Source: an uncultured Nitrospiraceae bacterium (GTDB lineage: Bacteria; Nitrospirota; Thermodesulfovibrionia; Thermodesulfovibrionales; Dissulfurispiraceae). Taken from it: a DNA stretch of 64,000 bases. Shown here in pieces: positions 8,535-18,875 of the stretch. A program made the position numbers and the translations under genes. Below the pieces are notes generated by a model. It did not search any database. It saw only the letters and a list, made by a program, of their open reading frames with translations, and was not told the origin of the DNA. Positions within the stretch are counted from its first letter, which is position 1; each line of letters begins with the position of its first letter. The stretch lies in assembly GCA_963705105.1 (NCBI GenBank), contig CAVPIW010000011.1, positions 1 to 64,000 on the forward strand, read 5' to 3'.

Positions 8535-10814
8535 TCAGGCGGTAACTTCGTTGGGGCACGGTTCCTGCAAGATGCTTTCCCCGAGTGCCCTGACCACGGC
8601 GGGGTCGTAGACCGATCCTGCCCCTCTCCTGATTTCGCCGACTGCATCGATGGGGGAAAACAACCTTACCTTGGTCAGTGCGCAGTAACAGTCCACGACG
8701 GAGAGTACGCGCGACAGCAGCGGAATCTCTTCACCTTTCAACCCGTCGGGATATCCCGTGCCGTCGAACCGTTCGTGATGATGAAGGATCACATGCATCA
8801 CCTCTTCGGACGTTTCAAAGGATTTGAGCAGGCTGAGCGTGTTGAAGGGATGGGAGCGTATCGCCTGGAGCTCCGGACCTGACAGCACATCCTTTTCCAG
8901 CACACTTTCATCAATAAGCGTCACGCCGATATCATAAATCGCGGACATGTATACAGCGAGTGTCTTTTCTTTGCCGGAGACGCCGAGCCTGTCCATAATC
9001 GCTGCAGTGAGATCGGGAAACCGGCAGTCCCTTTTGCTGTATTTCCGTTCAGCGGTCAAAAAGTGATCGAGTGTATCGACTGCTTTCCTGAGATCCTCAT
9101 CACGGTCCTTGCCGGACAGCACTTTATTGATGAAGTGGGTCATCCTCTCGCTCAGGACCGTCGCAATCGCAAGGTCCCGGTCCGTGAAGGGCTCCGAGGT
9201 CCTCTTATTGTTCATATTCAGCACGCCCAGGACTTTTTCTCCCCTTTTCAGCGGCACGGAGAGGAGAGATTTCGTGTTGTAACGGGGGAGGTTCCGCCTG
9301 CCAAATTGAGGATGTTTCTCAATATCCTCAATGAGAAGGGCCTTTCCCTCGATCGCCACCCAGCCCGCAACGCTCTCACCGGGACGAAGCCTCGTCTTTT
9401 GCATGATCAGCTCGTCGATTCCCACGGCGCTTCTTATGGTCAGATCTCCGGACATCTCGTCCACAAGCATGATTGAGCATGTCTTCAAATCCAGCATCTC
9501 CGAGGCGATCTGGGTAAAGAGGTCCAGGGCCGACCGGAGAAAGACGCTCCTCTTTTCCCCGGAGATTGAAGGGATCGTCACGCTGAGGTGCGGGAATCCG
9601 TCATTGCTTCCGGCGGACATTTTCCAGTCATGAGCCTCGGCGATCCTCCGGGCGAGGAAGATCTTCAGGCGACCGTCAGGCTGTTCCTCATGAAACAACT
9701 GGCCCGGAGACCTGACAGCCGACAGAACCGTTTCGGGAAAGCCTTTCGGGAGCGAGAACGTCATGGTGAGGTCCCGATCGGCCCTCAGCCCGATCTTTAT
9801 CGCATCGCCGTCCGAGAGAGAGCGGCTCAAGCCCTCGATGAGGTTGATAAAGAACTGGACGATCCTCACCTTGTCGGCCGCGATATCCGGCACGTCTCCT
9901 GACGTCTCAATATCGACGACGATGTTCCTTTTCATCAGTTCCGCCCTGAGAAAGGAGATTTCCGCTGCTTTCTGCAGCACCGAGAGAGGGTTCAGGATCG
10001 ATCGCCTCATGATCCTCGTTTCATCTTCGGTCCTGAGAAAGTCGAGGAGGTGCTCCACAGTCGAGATGAGACCGTCCGTTTCCAGGGAGATGATGTCGTA
10101 GAAGCTCTTCTTGCCGTTCCTCGCCCCCTTGTCGGATTTCAGCAGATAGTATATAGCCCCTTTGATCGCGTTGAGGGGTGTTCTCAATTCATGGGAGACG
10201 CGGGTGAGGAACTCCGTCTTGATCACATCGGCCTCGATGAGCTTGCGGTTGACCTCTTCGAATTCAATCGCCCTCAGGGAAAGCTCGTTCATGAGCATGG
10301 CGTTTTCCAGCGTGATGGCGGCCTGATTGGCGATGATCCGAATGAGGGAGAACTCGTCCTCGGTGAAGGCCGTTCCGTCTTTTTTGTCATTCACATTGAG
10401 CACGCCGATGAGCTTCTTTCTGCTGATGATCGGGCAGGAAATGAAGGAAGTCGTCCGGTAGCGGTCTCTTCTTCTGCCCCTGAACCGCGGATCTTTCTCG
10501 ATATCCGTCACGAGACAGGGTTCCCGGCGCCGGGCGACCGTTCCCGCGATGCCTTCCCCGACCTTTGCACGGTAATTTCGGACGACATGGCCGGCGATGC
10601 CCCTGGCCGCCAGCATAGTGAGCTCATCGCGGTCATCGACGACCATGAGCGAGCCTTTTTCCGCATTGGTGTATGTGACGGAAAGGTCGAGGAGGATATT
10701 CGCGATGGCGTCCGTATTGCTTGTGGCGACGATCGTCTCGGAGATCGCCTGGAGGATGGAGATCTTTTTTTCGAGAAGGGTCCTGCTTTTCGGCTTCTCA
10801 ATGGTCTGGGGCAC
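8535..10814 (-). CDS. GAF-HisKA-(degenerate HATPase)-GAF-HD-GYP-like signalling protein
   Basis: Two GAF domains (GVLNVNDK; GVLNMNNK), VSHELRTPLNAIKG, and HHHERFDGTGYPDGLKGEEIPL; the HD motif reads YD. Confidence 0.85.
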   Translation of the reverse strand: MPQTIEKPKSRTLLEKKISILQAISETIVATSNTDAIANILLDLSVTYTNAEKGSLMVVDDRDELTMLAARGIAGHVVRNYRAKVGEGIAGTVARRREPCLVTDIEKDPRFRGRRRDRYRTTSFISCPIISRKKLIGVLNVNDKKDGTAFTEDEFSLIRIIANQAAITLENAMLMNELSLRAIEFEEVNRKLIEADVIKTEFLTRVSHELRTPLNAIKGAIYYLLKSDKGARNGKKSFYDIISLETDGLISTVEHLLDFLRTEDETRIMRRSILNPLSVLQKAAEISFLRAELMKRNIVVDIETSGDVPDIAADKVRIVQFFINLIEGLSRSLSDGDAIKIGLRADRDLTMTFSLPKGFPETVLSAVRSPGQLFHEEQPDGRLKIFLARRIAEAHDWKMSAGSNDGFPHLSVTIPSISGEKRSVFLRSALDLFTQIASEMLDLKTCSIMLVDEMSGDLTIRSAVGIDELIMQKTRLRPGESVAGWVAIEGKALLIEDIEKHPQFGRRNLPRYNTKSLLSVPLKRGEKVLGVLNMNNKRTSEPFTDRDLAIATVLSERMTHFINKVLSGKDRDEDLRKAVDTLDHFLTAERKYSKRDCRFPDLTAAIMDRLGVSGKEKTLAVYMSAIYDIGVTLIDESVLEKDVLSGPELQAIRSHPFNTLSLLKSFETSEEVMHVILHHHERFDGTGYPDGLKGEEIPLLSRVLSVVDCYCALTKVRLFSPIDAVGEIRRGAGSVYDPAVVRALGESILQEPCPNEVTA

Positions 10815-11151
10815 GCTCTTTCCCTTCCAAACGGGATTCGTTCAATTCGCTATGACGATTTTTGTCTCTGTTCCCGGTGATGTAAAAAAATCCGACAGTT
10901 TTCCGTCCCCTCCGGTGACTGCTGCTCCTGCCTGCCGAGCTGTGTCATTGCCATCGCCGATGTCCCCGTCCCGAAGGCATCAGGATCGGAAAACAGAGTG
11001 AGTCGGTAATCTCCTTGAATCAAATAGCTTTCCCGACTGATCCTCGGTTATGCGAAGACACGAGCCGGAATGGCAGACCATCATGAGTTTCATCCGCCGA
11101 GTGCCCGGGTATGGGCACAAATCAATTGTTACAGACCGCCCTACATGTTAA

Positions 11152-11167
11152 AGCATATAGAATGCCA
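11152..11167 (-). promoter_or_regulatory. Putative sigma54 promoter
   Basis: Minus strand TGGCAT-TCTAT-ATGCT; an AT-rich tract and TGT-N11-ACA (11229-11245) lie upstream. Confidence 0.55.
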
Positions 11168-11261
11168 GTTTGTATATTATTGATTTAATATAATTATATT
11201 TTGGGCTCTTTTTTCATGACCACCGGGATGTAAAGAAAACCAACAGATTCGGAGAAAGGCA

Positions 11262-11420
11262 GGGGCCAGGGTTCAAGGATTCCAGGGTCCAAGTGAAAGC
11301 CCTATGGGGCTTTAGGTCGGAGGATCGTCTTCGCTTGAGGTGGGAGGCAAAGATAAGACGTTGGAGGTCAGAGGTTAGAGGCGTTTTGGAATTTGGAACT
11401 TGAGATTTTGTATTTATCAT
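11262..11420. repeat. Degenerate 8-mer and 7-mer tandem arrays
   Basis: ggggccag ggttcaa ggattcca gggtccaa; ggtcaga ggttaga; tggaatt tggaact tgagatt ttgtatt. Confidence 0.65.
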
Positions 11421-11512
11421 TCTCCTGTGATTTGTCTTTCCCGCTCTCCGAGTTGTAAAATGTATGGAATACTCTTCAGCCCCGTCCCGTCGACGGCAAT
11501 GAACAGCAGGAG

Positions 11513-13021
11513 ATGCGCATGCAAATGTCAATTTTAAAACGACTTATTGCGGGATACCTCATCATATTCCTGCTGCTTATGACGACAAGCATATACACGA
11601 TCATGCGGTTCGAGGATTTCGACGCCATCACCCGGTCGATCCTGACGGTGGACAACGCTATGAACGACTATGAGAAAAAGCTTTCCGACTCCCTCCTCTC
11701 ACAGATACTCTATGAGCGAAAGTATCTCATCATCAAGGATGATGCGCTCTATGACCAGTTTCTCCTCGCCAGGGGCGACTTCGGCCAGTATCTGGACAGG
11801 ATGCAGTCCATCGCCGACACGCCGGAAAAGAACGAAATACTGAAGAAGATACGGGAAAACCACGATCTGTACCAGTCGGTCTTTTTCGAGGAGGTCGAAT
11901 TCGTCCGCCGCAACAAGAGGTATGCCCAAAACTGGTATAAGGACGAGAAGGACAATGCCGTCGACGGAATCATGGACCAATTGAAAGAGCTGCGGGTCCG
12001 GAGCCAGCAGAGCACGTATGAAAAGATTCGGCTCCTCGGAGAGGCCGGCGTTGCGTCCAAGCAAATGGCGATCAGCATCGCCCTCATCGCCCTCATCGTG
12101 GGTCTTCTTATTTCATTGTTCATAACGCGGAGCATCACAAAACCGCTCTCGATCATGATCACGAAAACGAGGGAGATCGCCGACGGCAATCTCCAGGCTG
12201 ACGTTCAACTCACATCTCCTCCGGAGATCGGCAAACTCGCACGGGCCTTCAACGACATGTGCGAGAAACTCCGCCAGATCGACAAGCTGAAATCGGACTT
12301 CTTCTCGACAATGTCGCACGAACTGCGCACACCCCTCACGTCGATCAAGGAGGGAACGAGCCTGCTCATCGAAGGCATCGGGGGGGACCTGACGGAGAAG
12401 CAGAAAAAGCTCCTCACGATCATCTCGGCCGAGAGCAACCGTCTCATCGGCCTCGTCAATTCGCTTCTCGACCTGTCCAAGATGGAGGCCGGGATGATGG
12501 TCTACTCATTCATGCCCACCGACATCAAAACCCTCGTCGGCAAGGCGATCGTCGCTGTGGAACCCCTGGCGATGTCAAAGAATGTCGCCATAACCATCAG
12601 CGCACCGTCGGACATCCCCCTTCTCTCCCTTGACGGCGAGCGCATCATCCAGGCCCTCAGAAACCTCGTCGGCAACGCCGTCAAGTTCGCCCCGAACGGG
12701 GGCAAGGTCGACATCTCCCTGCAGTACCGTGACCAAAACCTCGAAATAACGGTGAGCGACAACGGGCCGGGCGTATCGAAGGAATACCTCCAGACTATTT
12801 TTGAAAAATTCCAGCAGGCGCCGTTTTCGGGCCCCTACCAGGTGAAGGGGACCGGGCTGGGGCTGGCGATCGTGAAACATATCGTCACCGCCCATAAGGG
12901 GAAGGTCTGGGCGGAGAGCGAACCGGGTAAGGGGAGTTCTTTTTTCATCCTTTTGCCGGCAAAGCCCGTGACCCTGGAGTTGCAGCACGAGAACGGCAGT
13001 CCGCAGAAAGTGGACAAATAG
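11513..13021 (+). CDS. HAMP-domain sensor histidine kinase (GlrK/QseE-like)
   Basis: TM-periplasmic-TM-HAMP, MSHELRTPLTSIKEG, NLVGNAVKF, GTGLGLAI. Confidence 0.9.
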   Translation: MRMQMSILKRLIAGYLIIFLLLMTTSIYTIMRFEDFDAITRSILTVDNAMNDYEKKLSDSLLSQILYERKYLIIKDDALYDQFLLARGDFGQYLDRMQSIADTPEKNEILKKIRENHDLYQSVFFEEVEFVRRNKRYAQNWYKDEKDNAVDGIMDQLKELRVRSQQSTYEKIRLLGEAGVASKQMAISIALIALIVGLLISLFITRSITKPLSIMITKTREIADGNLQADVQLTSPPEIGKLARAFNDMCEKLRQIDKLKSDFFSTMSHELRTPLTSIKEGTSLLIEGIGGDLTEKQKKLLTIISAESNRLIGLVNSLLDLSKMEAGMMVYSFMPTDIKTLVGKAIVAVEPLAMSKNVAITISAPSDIPLLSLDGERIIQALRNLVGNAVKFAPNGGKVDISLQYRDQNLEITVSDNGPGVSKEYLQTIFEKFQQAPFSGPYQVKGTGLGLAIVKHIVTAHKGKVWAESEPGKGSSFFILLPAKPVTLELQHENGSPQKVDK

Positions 13022-13092
13022 ACTTTGCAGTTGCATGAAAAGGCGGGGCGAAGCGCCTCAAAGCCTTGCTGAAGGCGTATGGAACGATAAGC
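13019..13092 (-). repeat. Mini element B (internal deletion); terminal TA overlaps the kinase TAG stop
   Basis: tagactttgcagttgcatgaaaaggcggggcgaagcgcctcaaagccttgctgaaggcgtatggaacgataag. Confidence 0.8.
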
Positions 13093-13139
13093 CAGACAGG
13101 ATGCTGCGTTGATAAAGATCATGTACTAAAGGAGGTCCC

Positions 13140-14504
13140 ATGTCTTTACCGAAAATTCTCGTCGTCGATGATGATAAAAATCTCCTCGAATTGCTCAGGA
13201 TGAGGCTCGAAGCGGCGGATTACGAGGTGACCACGGAGTCGATGGAGGACGGAGCCCGCGACGCGATGAGCAGGGAGACCTTCGACCTCGCGATCATCGA
13301 TCTGCAGTTGATCAATCAGGACGGTATTTCTCTGATGGAGGAGTTCCACGAGGTCAACCCCGACATGCCCGCCATCATTCTCACAGCCTTCGGCAGCATC
13401 GAGAGCGCCGTCGAAGCGATGAAGCGGGGCGCGTTCAACTATCTGACCAAGCCCTTCGATCCCCAGGAGCTCTTCTTCCAGATAGAGCGCGCCATCGAGA
13501 ACCGCAAGCTGACGACGGAGATCAAGCGCTTGCGGGGTCTCCTCCAGGAACGCTATGAATTCAGCAATATCGTGGCGAGGAGCGACAAGATGCAGATGGT
13601 CCTCGAACAGGTCTCGCGGGTGGCCAAGACGGAATCCACCGTCTTCATCCACGGCGAGAGCGGCACGGGAAAGGAGATCATCGCCAAAGCGATCCACCTT
13701 GCCAGTGACCGGAAAGACGCTCCCTTCGTTGCGATCAACTGCGCCGCCATCCCCGAGAGCCTGCTCGAAAGCGAGCTCTTCGGCCATGAAAAGGGGGCCT
13801 TCACGGGCGCGATACGGAGCGCGAAGGGCCTCTTCGCCCAGGCCCATGAGGGGACCATCTTTCTCGATGAAATCGGCGACATGCCCCTGTCATTCCAGGC
13901 GAAGCTCCTCAGGGTCCTCCAGGAGCGCATGTTCTATCCCGTCGGCAGCGAAAAGCCCACCGAGGTCAACGTGCGCGTCATCGTCGCCACCAACAAGGAC
14001 CTTGAGGCGGAAGTGAAAAAAGGGGCCTTCCGGGAGGACCTCTATTACCGGATTCACGTCATCCCCATCTTTCTTCCGCCGCTTCGTGACAGGAGAGAGG
14101 ACATACCGCACCTGGTCGATCATTTCGTGAAAAAGATCACCCAGCAGATGAAGAAGGAAGTCAGGGGCCTCACACCCTCGGCGATGCAGAAGCTCAGACT
14201 CTATGACTGGCCCGGCAATGTGAGGGAGCTGGAGAACACCATCGAATACGCCGTGGCGATGACAAACCAGGAGCTCATCACCGACGACCTCATCCTGCAG
14301 ACGAAAGAGATCGGAGAGGATGCGCTGAAGCCGCTCCGGGAGGCCCGGGACGCCTTTGAAAAGGGGTACCTCATCAGGCTCCTCGAAACGACGCGGGGCA
14401 ACGTGAGCAAGGCGGCCATGATAGCCGGAAAATACCGCGCGGACTTTTACAATCTGCTGAAGAAGTACAACATCAAGCCCGAGAGCTTCAAGAAAGGCGG
14501 GTAA
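13140..14504 (+). CDS. Sigma54-dependent response regulator (GlrR/QseF-like)
   Basis: REC, GESGTGKE, GAFTGA; C-terminus EARDAFEKGYLIRLL...GKYRADFYNLL resembles the GlrR HTH region. Confidence 0.9.
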   Translation: MSLPKILVVDDDKNLLELLRMRLEAADYEVTTESMEDGARDAMSRETFDLAIIDLQLINQDGISLMEEFHEVNPDMPAIILTAFGSIESAVEAMKRGAFNYLTKPFDPQELFFQIERAIENRKLTTEIKRLRGLLQERYEFSNIVARSDKMQMVLEQVSRVAKTESTVFIHGESGTGKEIIAKAIHLASDRKDAPFVAINCAAIPESLLESELFGHEKGAFTGAIRSAKGLFAQAHEGTIFLDEIGDMPLSFQAKLLRVLQERMFYPVGSEKPTEVNVRVIVATNKDLEAEVKKGAFREDLYYRIHVIPIFLPPLRDRREDIPHLVDHFVKKITQQMKKEVRGLTPSAMQKLRLYDWPGNVRELENTIEYAVAMTNQELITDDLILQTKEIGEDALKPLREARDAFEKGYLIRLLETTRGNVSKAAMIAGKYRADFYNLLKKYNIKPESFKKGG

Positions 14505-14507
14505 TCA

Positions 14508-14558
14508 TGGGGGTCAGGTCTTGAATCTTGACAATGTATATCAAGATTCAAGACCCCC
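14508..14558. repeat. Palindromic hairpin between convergent genes (REP-like or bidirectional terminator)
   Basis: ggtcttgaatcttga-caatgtata-tcaagattcaagacc, perfect 15-bp arms, flanked by gggg/cccc. Confidence 0.7.
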
Positions 14559-14572
14559 AAAGATTCCCTCCT

Positions 14573-15235
14573 TTACATTTCGATGAGCTCCACCTTGCCC
14601 GATGCGATGCTGTATTCGGCAGCGACGACCTTCACCTTTCCTTCATGGGCGAGATGCCTTATAATCTTGCTCTTCTTCATGATCTCTTTGCTCGTGTTCA
14701 CGGCGTTTGCCCTGATGGCGGTCTGGAGCACCTCGTCAGGCGTGCCGCCTTTTTTCTTCGCAAATGTCGCGGCGGGCATGATCTTCTTCAGGATCGCCCC
14801 TATGTTCCCCTCCGGTTTGCCCTTCGCCTCCAGCGCCGCCGTTACGGCGCCGCATTTCTCGTGGCCGAGGACGATGACGAGCGGCGCATGGAGGTGTTCA
14901 ACGGCATACTCGATGCTCCCCATGGCGATCGTGTCAACCACATTGCCGGCGAGCCTGACGACAAAGATCTGACCGAGCCCCTGATCGAAGATGTACTCGG
15001 GGGCGACCCGTGAATCGGAACAGCCGACGATCACCGCAAAGGGCTGCTGCCCCTTGACGAGATCTTTCCGCTGGGCTTCGTCGAGCACCTTGGGAATGGG
15101 CGTGCCGACGGAACAGCGCTTGTTCCCTTCGAGCAGCATGTTCAGCGCCTCGTCACAGCGATCGACGGCAGCGAAGACGAAACCCGCCAGCATCGCAACG
15201 GCGACAATAATACCTGCAACCTTCAGTTTTCTCAT
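14573..15235 (-). CDS. Beta-class carbonic anhydrase with signal peptide
   Basis: GCSDSRV, GQIFVVRLAGN, LGHEKCGAV zinc motifs; hydrophobic N-terminus. Confidence 0.93.
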   Translation of the reverse strand: MRKLKVAGIIVAVAMLAGFVFAAVDRCDEALNMLLEGNKRCSVGTPIPKVLDEAQRKDLVKGQQPFAVIVGCSDSRVAPEYIFDQGLGQIFVVRLAGNVVDTIAMGSIEYAVEHLHAPLVIVLGHEKCGAVTAALEAKGKPEGNIGAILKKIMPAATFAKKKGGTPDEVLQTAIRANAVNTSKEIMKKSKIIRHLAHEGKVKVVAAEYSIASGKVELIEM

Positions 15236-15270
15236 TTCTCCTCCTTATATTTCCTATTTTCGACAACTCA

Positions 15271-15505
15271 TGTCTAAAACAGCTTTCAGCGAAATCTTGA
15301 AAACGAGGACGGGGCTTGGTTTCTGAAGGAAAATTCACGGGTATACGGCACGGCGGCGGGAGACGAAAGCGATAGCCGAAGCGGGAGCCGCACAGTGCAC
15401 TTGCGAAAACCTGTATCTTCATAACAAGATGCGCACAAGAGGTTAGGTAGTTTATTTTGCGAAGAAATCATGCCCTATCCCCGTGCCGGATTATTCTGGT
15501 CGACA
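15271..15505 (-). repeat. Repeat element D with unique cargo; overlaps the ribD 3' end
   Basis: Reverse complement matches the D left end (aataatccggcacggggatagggcatgatttcttcgcaaaataaac) and right end (cccgtgaattttccttcagaaaccaagccccgtcctcgttttcaa) seen at 18151 and 21725. Confidence 0.8.
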
Positions 15506-16602
15506 TAGGCCTCGATGAGTATATCTCCGCCAAGCTTCTTTACAGTGACATCACGAAAGCGGTAAGCCTCGTCGAGCCGTCTCCACGACTCTCCCCCGAC
15601 GCAGGGGATTGACGCCCTGCCGCCGATCATCTTCGGGGCGATGAAGACGGCGACCTTGTCGACAATCCCGCTCCGGAGGGCCGATGCATTCAGGGACGCC
15701 CCGCCCTCGATCATCACCGATGTGATCCCCATCTCTCCGAGCCGTCCCATCAGCCATTGCAGGTCCACGCGGTCGCTATCGTATTCGATGAACCTCACCC
15801 CCCGTTCACTCAGGACAGCCCTTTTCCTGTCACGAGCGGAACGAGATTCACCGGCTTTTCGCGTGACCACGACAGTTCCGGGAGGAGTCTGAAGCACCTT
15901 GTATTCAAGCGGTGTCTCAAGGAGCGGATCGATGATGATCCTCAGGGGATGCCTGCCGGCCCCGACGCGGGCGGTGAAGGACGGATTATCAGCCCTGACC
16001 GTGCCGATGGCGGACAGCAGGGCGTCTGAGCGGCCTCTCATCCGGTGGACAAAGGCCCGGGCCTTCTCCCCGGTGATCCACTTCGATTCCCCTTCGGGCG
16101 TCGCGATCTTCCCGTCCAGGGTCATGGCGATCTTGAGCGTCACAAAGGGCAGCTTTTCCGTTATGAACTTGATGTACGCCTCGTTGAGACGTCGCGCCCC
16201 GTCTTCAAGGACACCCGACACCACCTCGATCCTGTGCCTCCTCAGCTCATCGAAACCCCTGCCCGACACCCTCGGATTGGGGTCCGCCATGGCGGCGACC
16301 ACTTTCCTCACACCGGCGGAGATGATCGACCTCGTGCACGGAGGTGTCCTCTTTTCGGTATGACAGCAGGGTTCGAGGGTGACGTACAGGTCCGCGTCCC
16401 GTGCGCGCTCTCCGGCCTTGGCGATGACCAATGCCTCGGCATGGGGAGTTCCCGGCTTCCGGTGGTAATCCTCGGCGACGATCGCTCCGTCCCTGACAAG
16501 GACAGCCCCTACAAGGGGGTTCGGGCTGGTCCGCCCCTCCGCCTTCCGGGCAAGCTTCAGTGCCCTGTCCATGAAGAAGCGGTCGCGGTCTGTCGGATCC
16601 AC
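15475..16602 (-). CDS. ribD: Bifunctional riboflavin deaminase/reductase RibD (likely GTG start at 16602)
   Basis: PNPLVGAV, HAE, VTLEPCCH...PPC, TLDGKIA, SKWITG, IEGG. Confidence 0.95.
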   Translation of the reverse strand: MDPTDRDRFFMDRALKLARKAEGRTSPNPLVGAVLVRDGAIVAEDYHRKPGTPHAEALVIAKAGERARDADLYVTLEPCCHTEKRTPPCTRSIISAGVRKVVAAMADPNPRVSGRGFDELRRHRIEVVSGVLEDGARRLNEAYIKFITEKLPFVTLKIAMTLDGKIATPEGESKWITGEKARAFVHRMRGRSDALLSAIGTVRADNPSFTARVGAGRHPLRIIIDPLLETPLEYKVLQTPPGTVVVTRKAGESRSARDRKRAVLSERGVRFIEYDSDRVDLQWLMGRLGEMGITSVMIEGGASLNASALRSGIVDKVAVFIAPKMIGGRASIPCVGGESWRRLDEAYRFRDVTVKKLGGDILIEAYVDQNNPARG

Positions 16603-16615
16603 AGGGACCAATCCC

Positions 16616-18091
16616 CTACCCCGTCCCGGATGAAAAGCCGTACCCGGACCAGCGGGAATCGACGAGCCTCTTGATCTCATCAGACATGAAAAGCTCCTCG
16701 GGCCAGTCCCGCATCATCCCCTCTTCCCTTGTCTTGCGCGTCGCGTCGATGCCCATCTTCGACCCGTACCGGGGCCAGCTCGCCGCATGGTCGAGGTCAT
16801 CGAGGGGCCCCTCGGAGACGACGATATCACGTCGCCAGTCCACGTTGTTCAGCACCCTCCAGGCCGTATAGGAGAGGTTCTGCACGTCAACATCGTCATC
16901 GACGATGATGAGGAGTTTCGCGAACATCATCTGGCCCTTGCCCCAGAGGCCGTGAATGATCTTTTTCGCATGCCCCGGATAGCTCTTCCTGATGGAGAGG
17001 ATGGCCGCGTTGTGAAAGACCCCTTCCATAGGCAGGTTCATGTCTTTGATCTCGGGGAAATCAAGCCGCAGCAGGGGAAGGAAGATGCGCTCCGTCGCCT
17101 TGCCCATGTAGCAGTCCTCCATGGGCGGTTTCCCGACGATCGTAGCGGGATAGATCATGTCCCTGCGGTAGGTGACACAGGTGGCGTGAAAAACAGGATA
17201 GAGGTCCGCCGCCGAGTAGAAGCCGGTGTGATCGCCGAAAGGCCCCTCGGTCCGCATCTCACCCGGTTGCAGGTACCCTTCGATGACCAGTTCGCTCTCT
17301 GCAGGGACCTCGATGTCGGACGTGATGCATTGCACCATTTCGACGGGCTGACGTCTCAGGAAACCGGCGAAGAGCATCTCATCGACGGCCTCCGGCAGGG
17401 GCGCCGTCGCGGCGTAGATGACGGCGGGATCGGCCCCCACCGCGATGGCGGCGGGCATTTTCCCTCCTGCCGCCTTGTATTTGTCGTAATGCCTCGCCCC
17501 GTCCTTGTGTATATGCCAGTGCATCCCTGTCGTTTTGTTGTCATAGACGTGAATGCGGTACATGCCGCAGTTCGGCCTCCCCGTCTCAGGGTCCCTCGTG
17601 AATACCATGGGCAGGGTGATGAACCGCCCCTCGTCCGTCGGCTGCCCGTCACCGGGCCAGCACTTGAGGATCGGGAAGATACCGAGATCGGGGTCCCTGT
17701 CGACCACCTCCTGGCAGGGGCCGCTCTTGACCTTTTTCGGTAGAAATTTTGAGAACTCGAAGAGACGGGGGAGCATGGCGAGTTTCTCCATGAGAGACTT
17801 GGGAGGGGCCTGGTTCAGCAGGCTCTCGATGCGGCGCGCCACATCGTCGAGATGGTCTATCTCAAGGGCGAGGCACATCCGCTCGAAGGACCCGAAGAGG
17901 TTCGTTGCCACGGGAAACCGCGAGCCTTTCACGCGCTCGAAAAAGATGGCCTTCCCGCCGCCGGGGCTCTTGCACATCCTGTCGGTGATCTCCGATATCT
18001 CGAGGATCGGGTCCACCTCGACGCCGACCCTGTGCAGGAGACCCCGCTTTTCAAGCAGTGCTATGAACTCCCTCAAGTCCCTGTATGCCAT
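16616..18091 (-). CDS. UbiD-family decarboxylase (menaquinone/futalosine pathway type)
   Basis: MAYRDLREFI start, NCGMYR, GMHWHIHKDG, EGPFGDHTGFY, GSKMGIDAT. Confidence 0.9.
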   Translation of the reverse strand: MAYRDLREFIALLEKRGLLHRVGVEVDPILEISEITDRMCKSPGGGKAIFFERVKGSRFPVATNLFGSFERMCLALEIDHLDDVARRIESLLNQAPPKSLMEKLAMLPRLFEFSKFLPKKVKSGPCQEVVDRDPDLGIFPILKCWPGDGQPTDEGRFITLPMVFTRDPETGRPNCGMYRIHVYDNKTTGMHWHIHKDGARHYDKYKAAGGKMPAAIAVGADPAVIYAATAPLPEAVDEMLFAGFLRRQPVEMVQCITSDIEVPAESELVIEGYLQPGEMRTEGPFGDHTGFYSAADLYPVFHATCVTYRRDMIYPATIVGKPPMEDCYMGKATERIFLPLLRLDFPEIKDMNLPMEGVFHNAAILSIRKSYPGHAKKIIHGLWGKGQMMFAKLLIIVDDDVDVQNLSYTAWRVLNNVDWRRDIVVSEGPLDDLDHAASWPRYGSKMGIDATRKTREEGMMRDWPEELFMSDEIKRLVDSRWSGYGFSSGTG

Positions 18092-18150
18092 ATCTCTCAA
18101 CCCCTCTTACTTCGCGAATATGCTATTCTGAATGCATATTATATCATTAG

Positions 18151-18482
18151 TGTCCAAAATAACGTGGCACGAGGATAGGGTATGATTTCTTCGCAAAATA
18201 AACCTTTATCACCGCAATGAGATCTCAGGAAAGACGGGGCGAATGCGCCGAAAAGCATCGGTGCTGCGAAACCTCTGCCTTCCCGTACAGACCATTGCAG
18301 ACCAACGATCGATGACAGGGAGAATGAATTCCTGATACACCAATAATAAACAATCATGCTCGCTATCAGCGAGGCTTTGAGGCGTTTTGCACCGTCTTTT
18401 CGTGCAAGGCAACCGTGAATTTTGCTTCAGAAACCAAACCCTATCCTCGTCTTCAGGGGCCCGCTGCAATATATTTTGGACA
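18151..18482 (+). repeat. Repeat element D containing a nested element B (about 18199-18410)
   Basis: Outer inverted ends tgtccaaaata...tattttggaca and cgaggataggg...ccctatcctcg; inner aaagacggggcgaatgcgcc...gcgttttgcaccgtctttt. Confidence 0.8.
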
Positions 18483-18632
18483 GGGGTGATATTATATCGT
18501 TCCGGCGACAGATACGCAAGGACGAAGGGCGGCAGGAACCGGCCCGTTTGTGGTACATTTTCAGAAACCGGAAACGATATCTTGAAGAGTGGTCTGCCGA
18601 TCAACTGCGGGACGAACCACAAACACTGAGAC

Positions 18633-18801
18633 GGGAAGGCTGATGTGGTGAAAAGCCCTTTCCGCTAAGACACCCTATTGATCTCCAGATCACCCTTTGC
18701 CGTGTCTGGTGATGACAAAAGCCCGTCAGGCAACGGTCACCGGACACCTTGAGATGTCTCATCGTCGCATTGGAAAGGCTTTGAACCATATCTGACTTCC
18801 C
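18633..18801 (+). repeat. Repeat element A (about 168 bp, imperfect ~29-bp terminal inverted repeats)
   Basis: gggaaggctgatgtggtgaaaagcc...cgcattggaaaggctttgaaccatatctgacttccc. Confidence 0.9.
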
Positions 18802-18875
18802 GGCGGGGATTCGTCCATCCCCGTTTTGGAGGATTCACCCGCTGTTCCGGACGAGATTGAAGCAAGGAGGAAACC

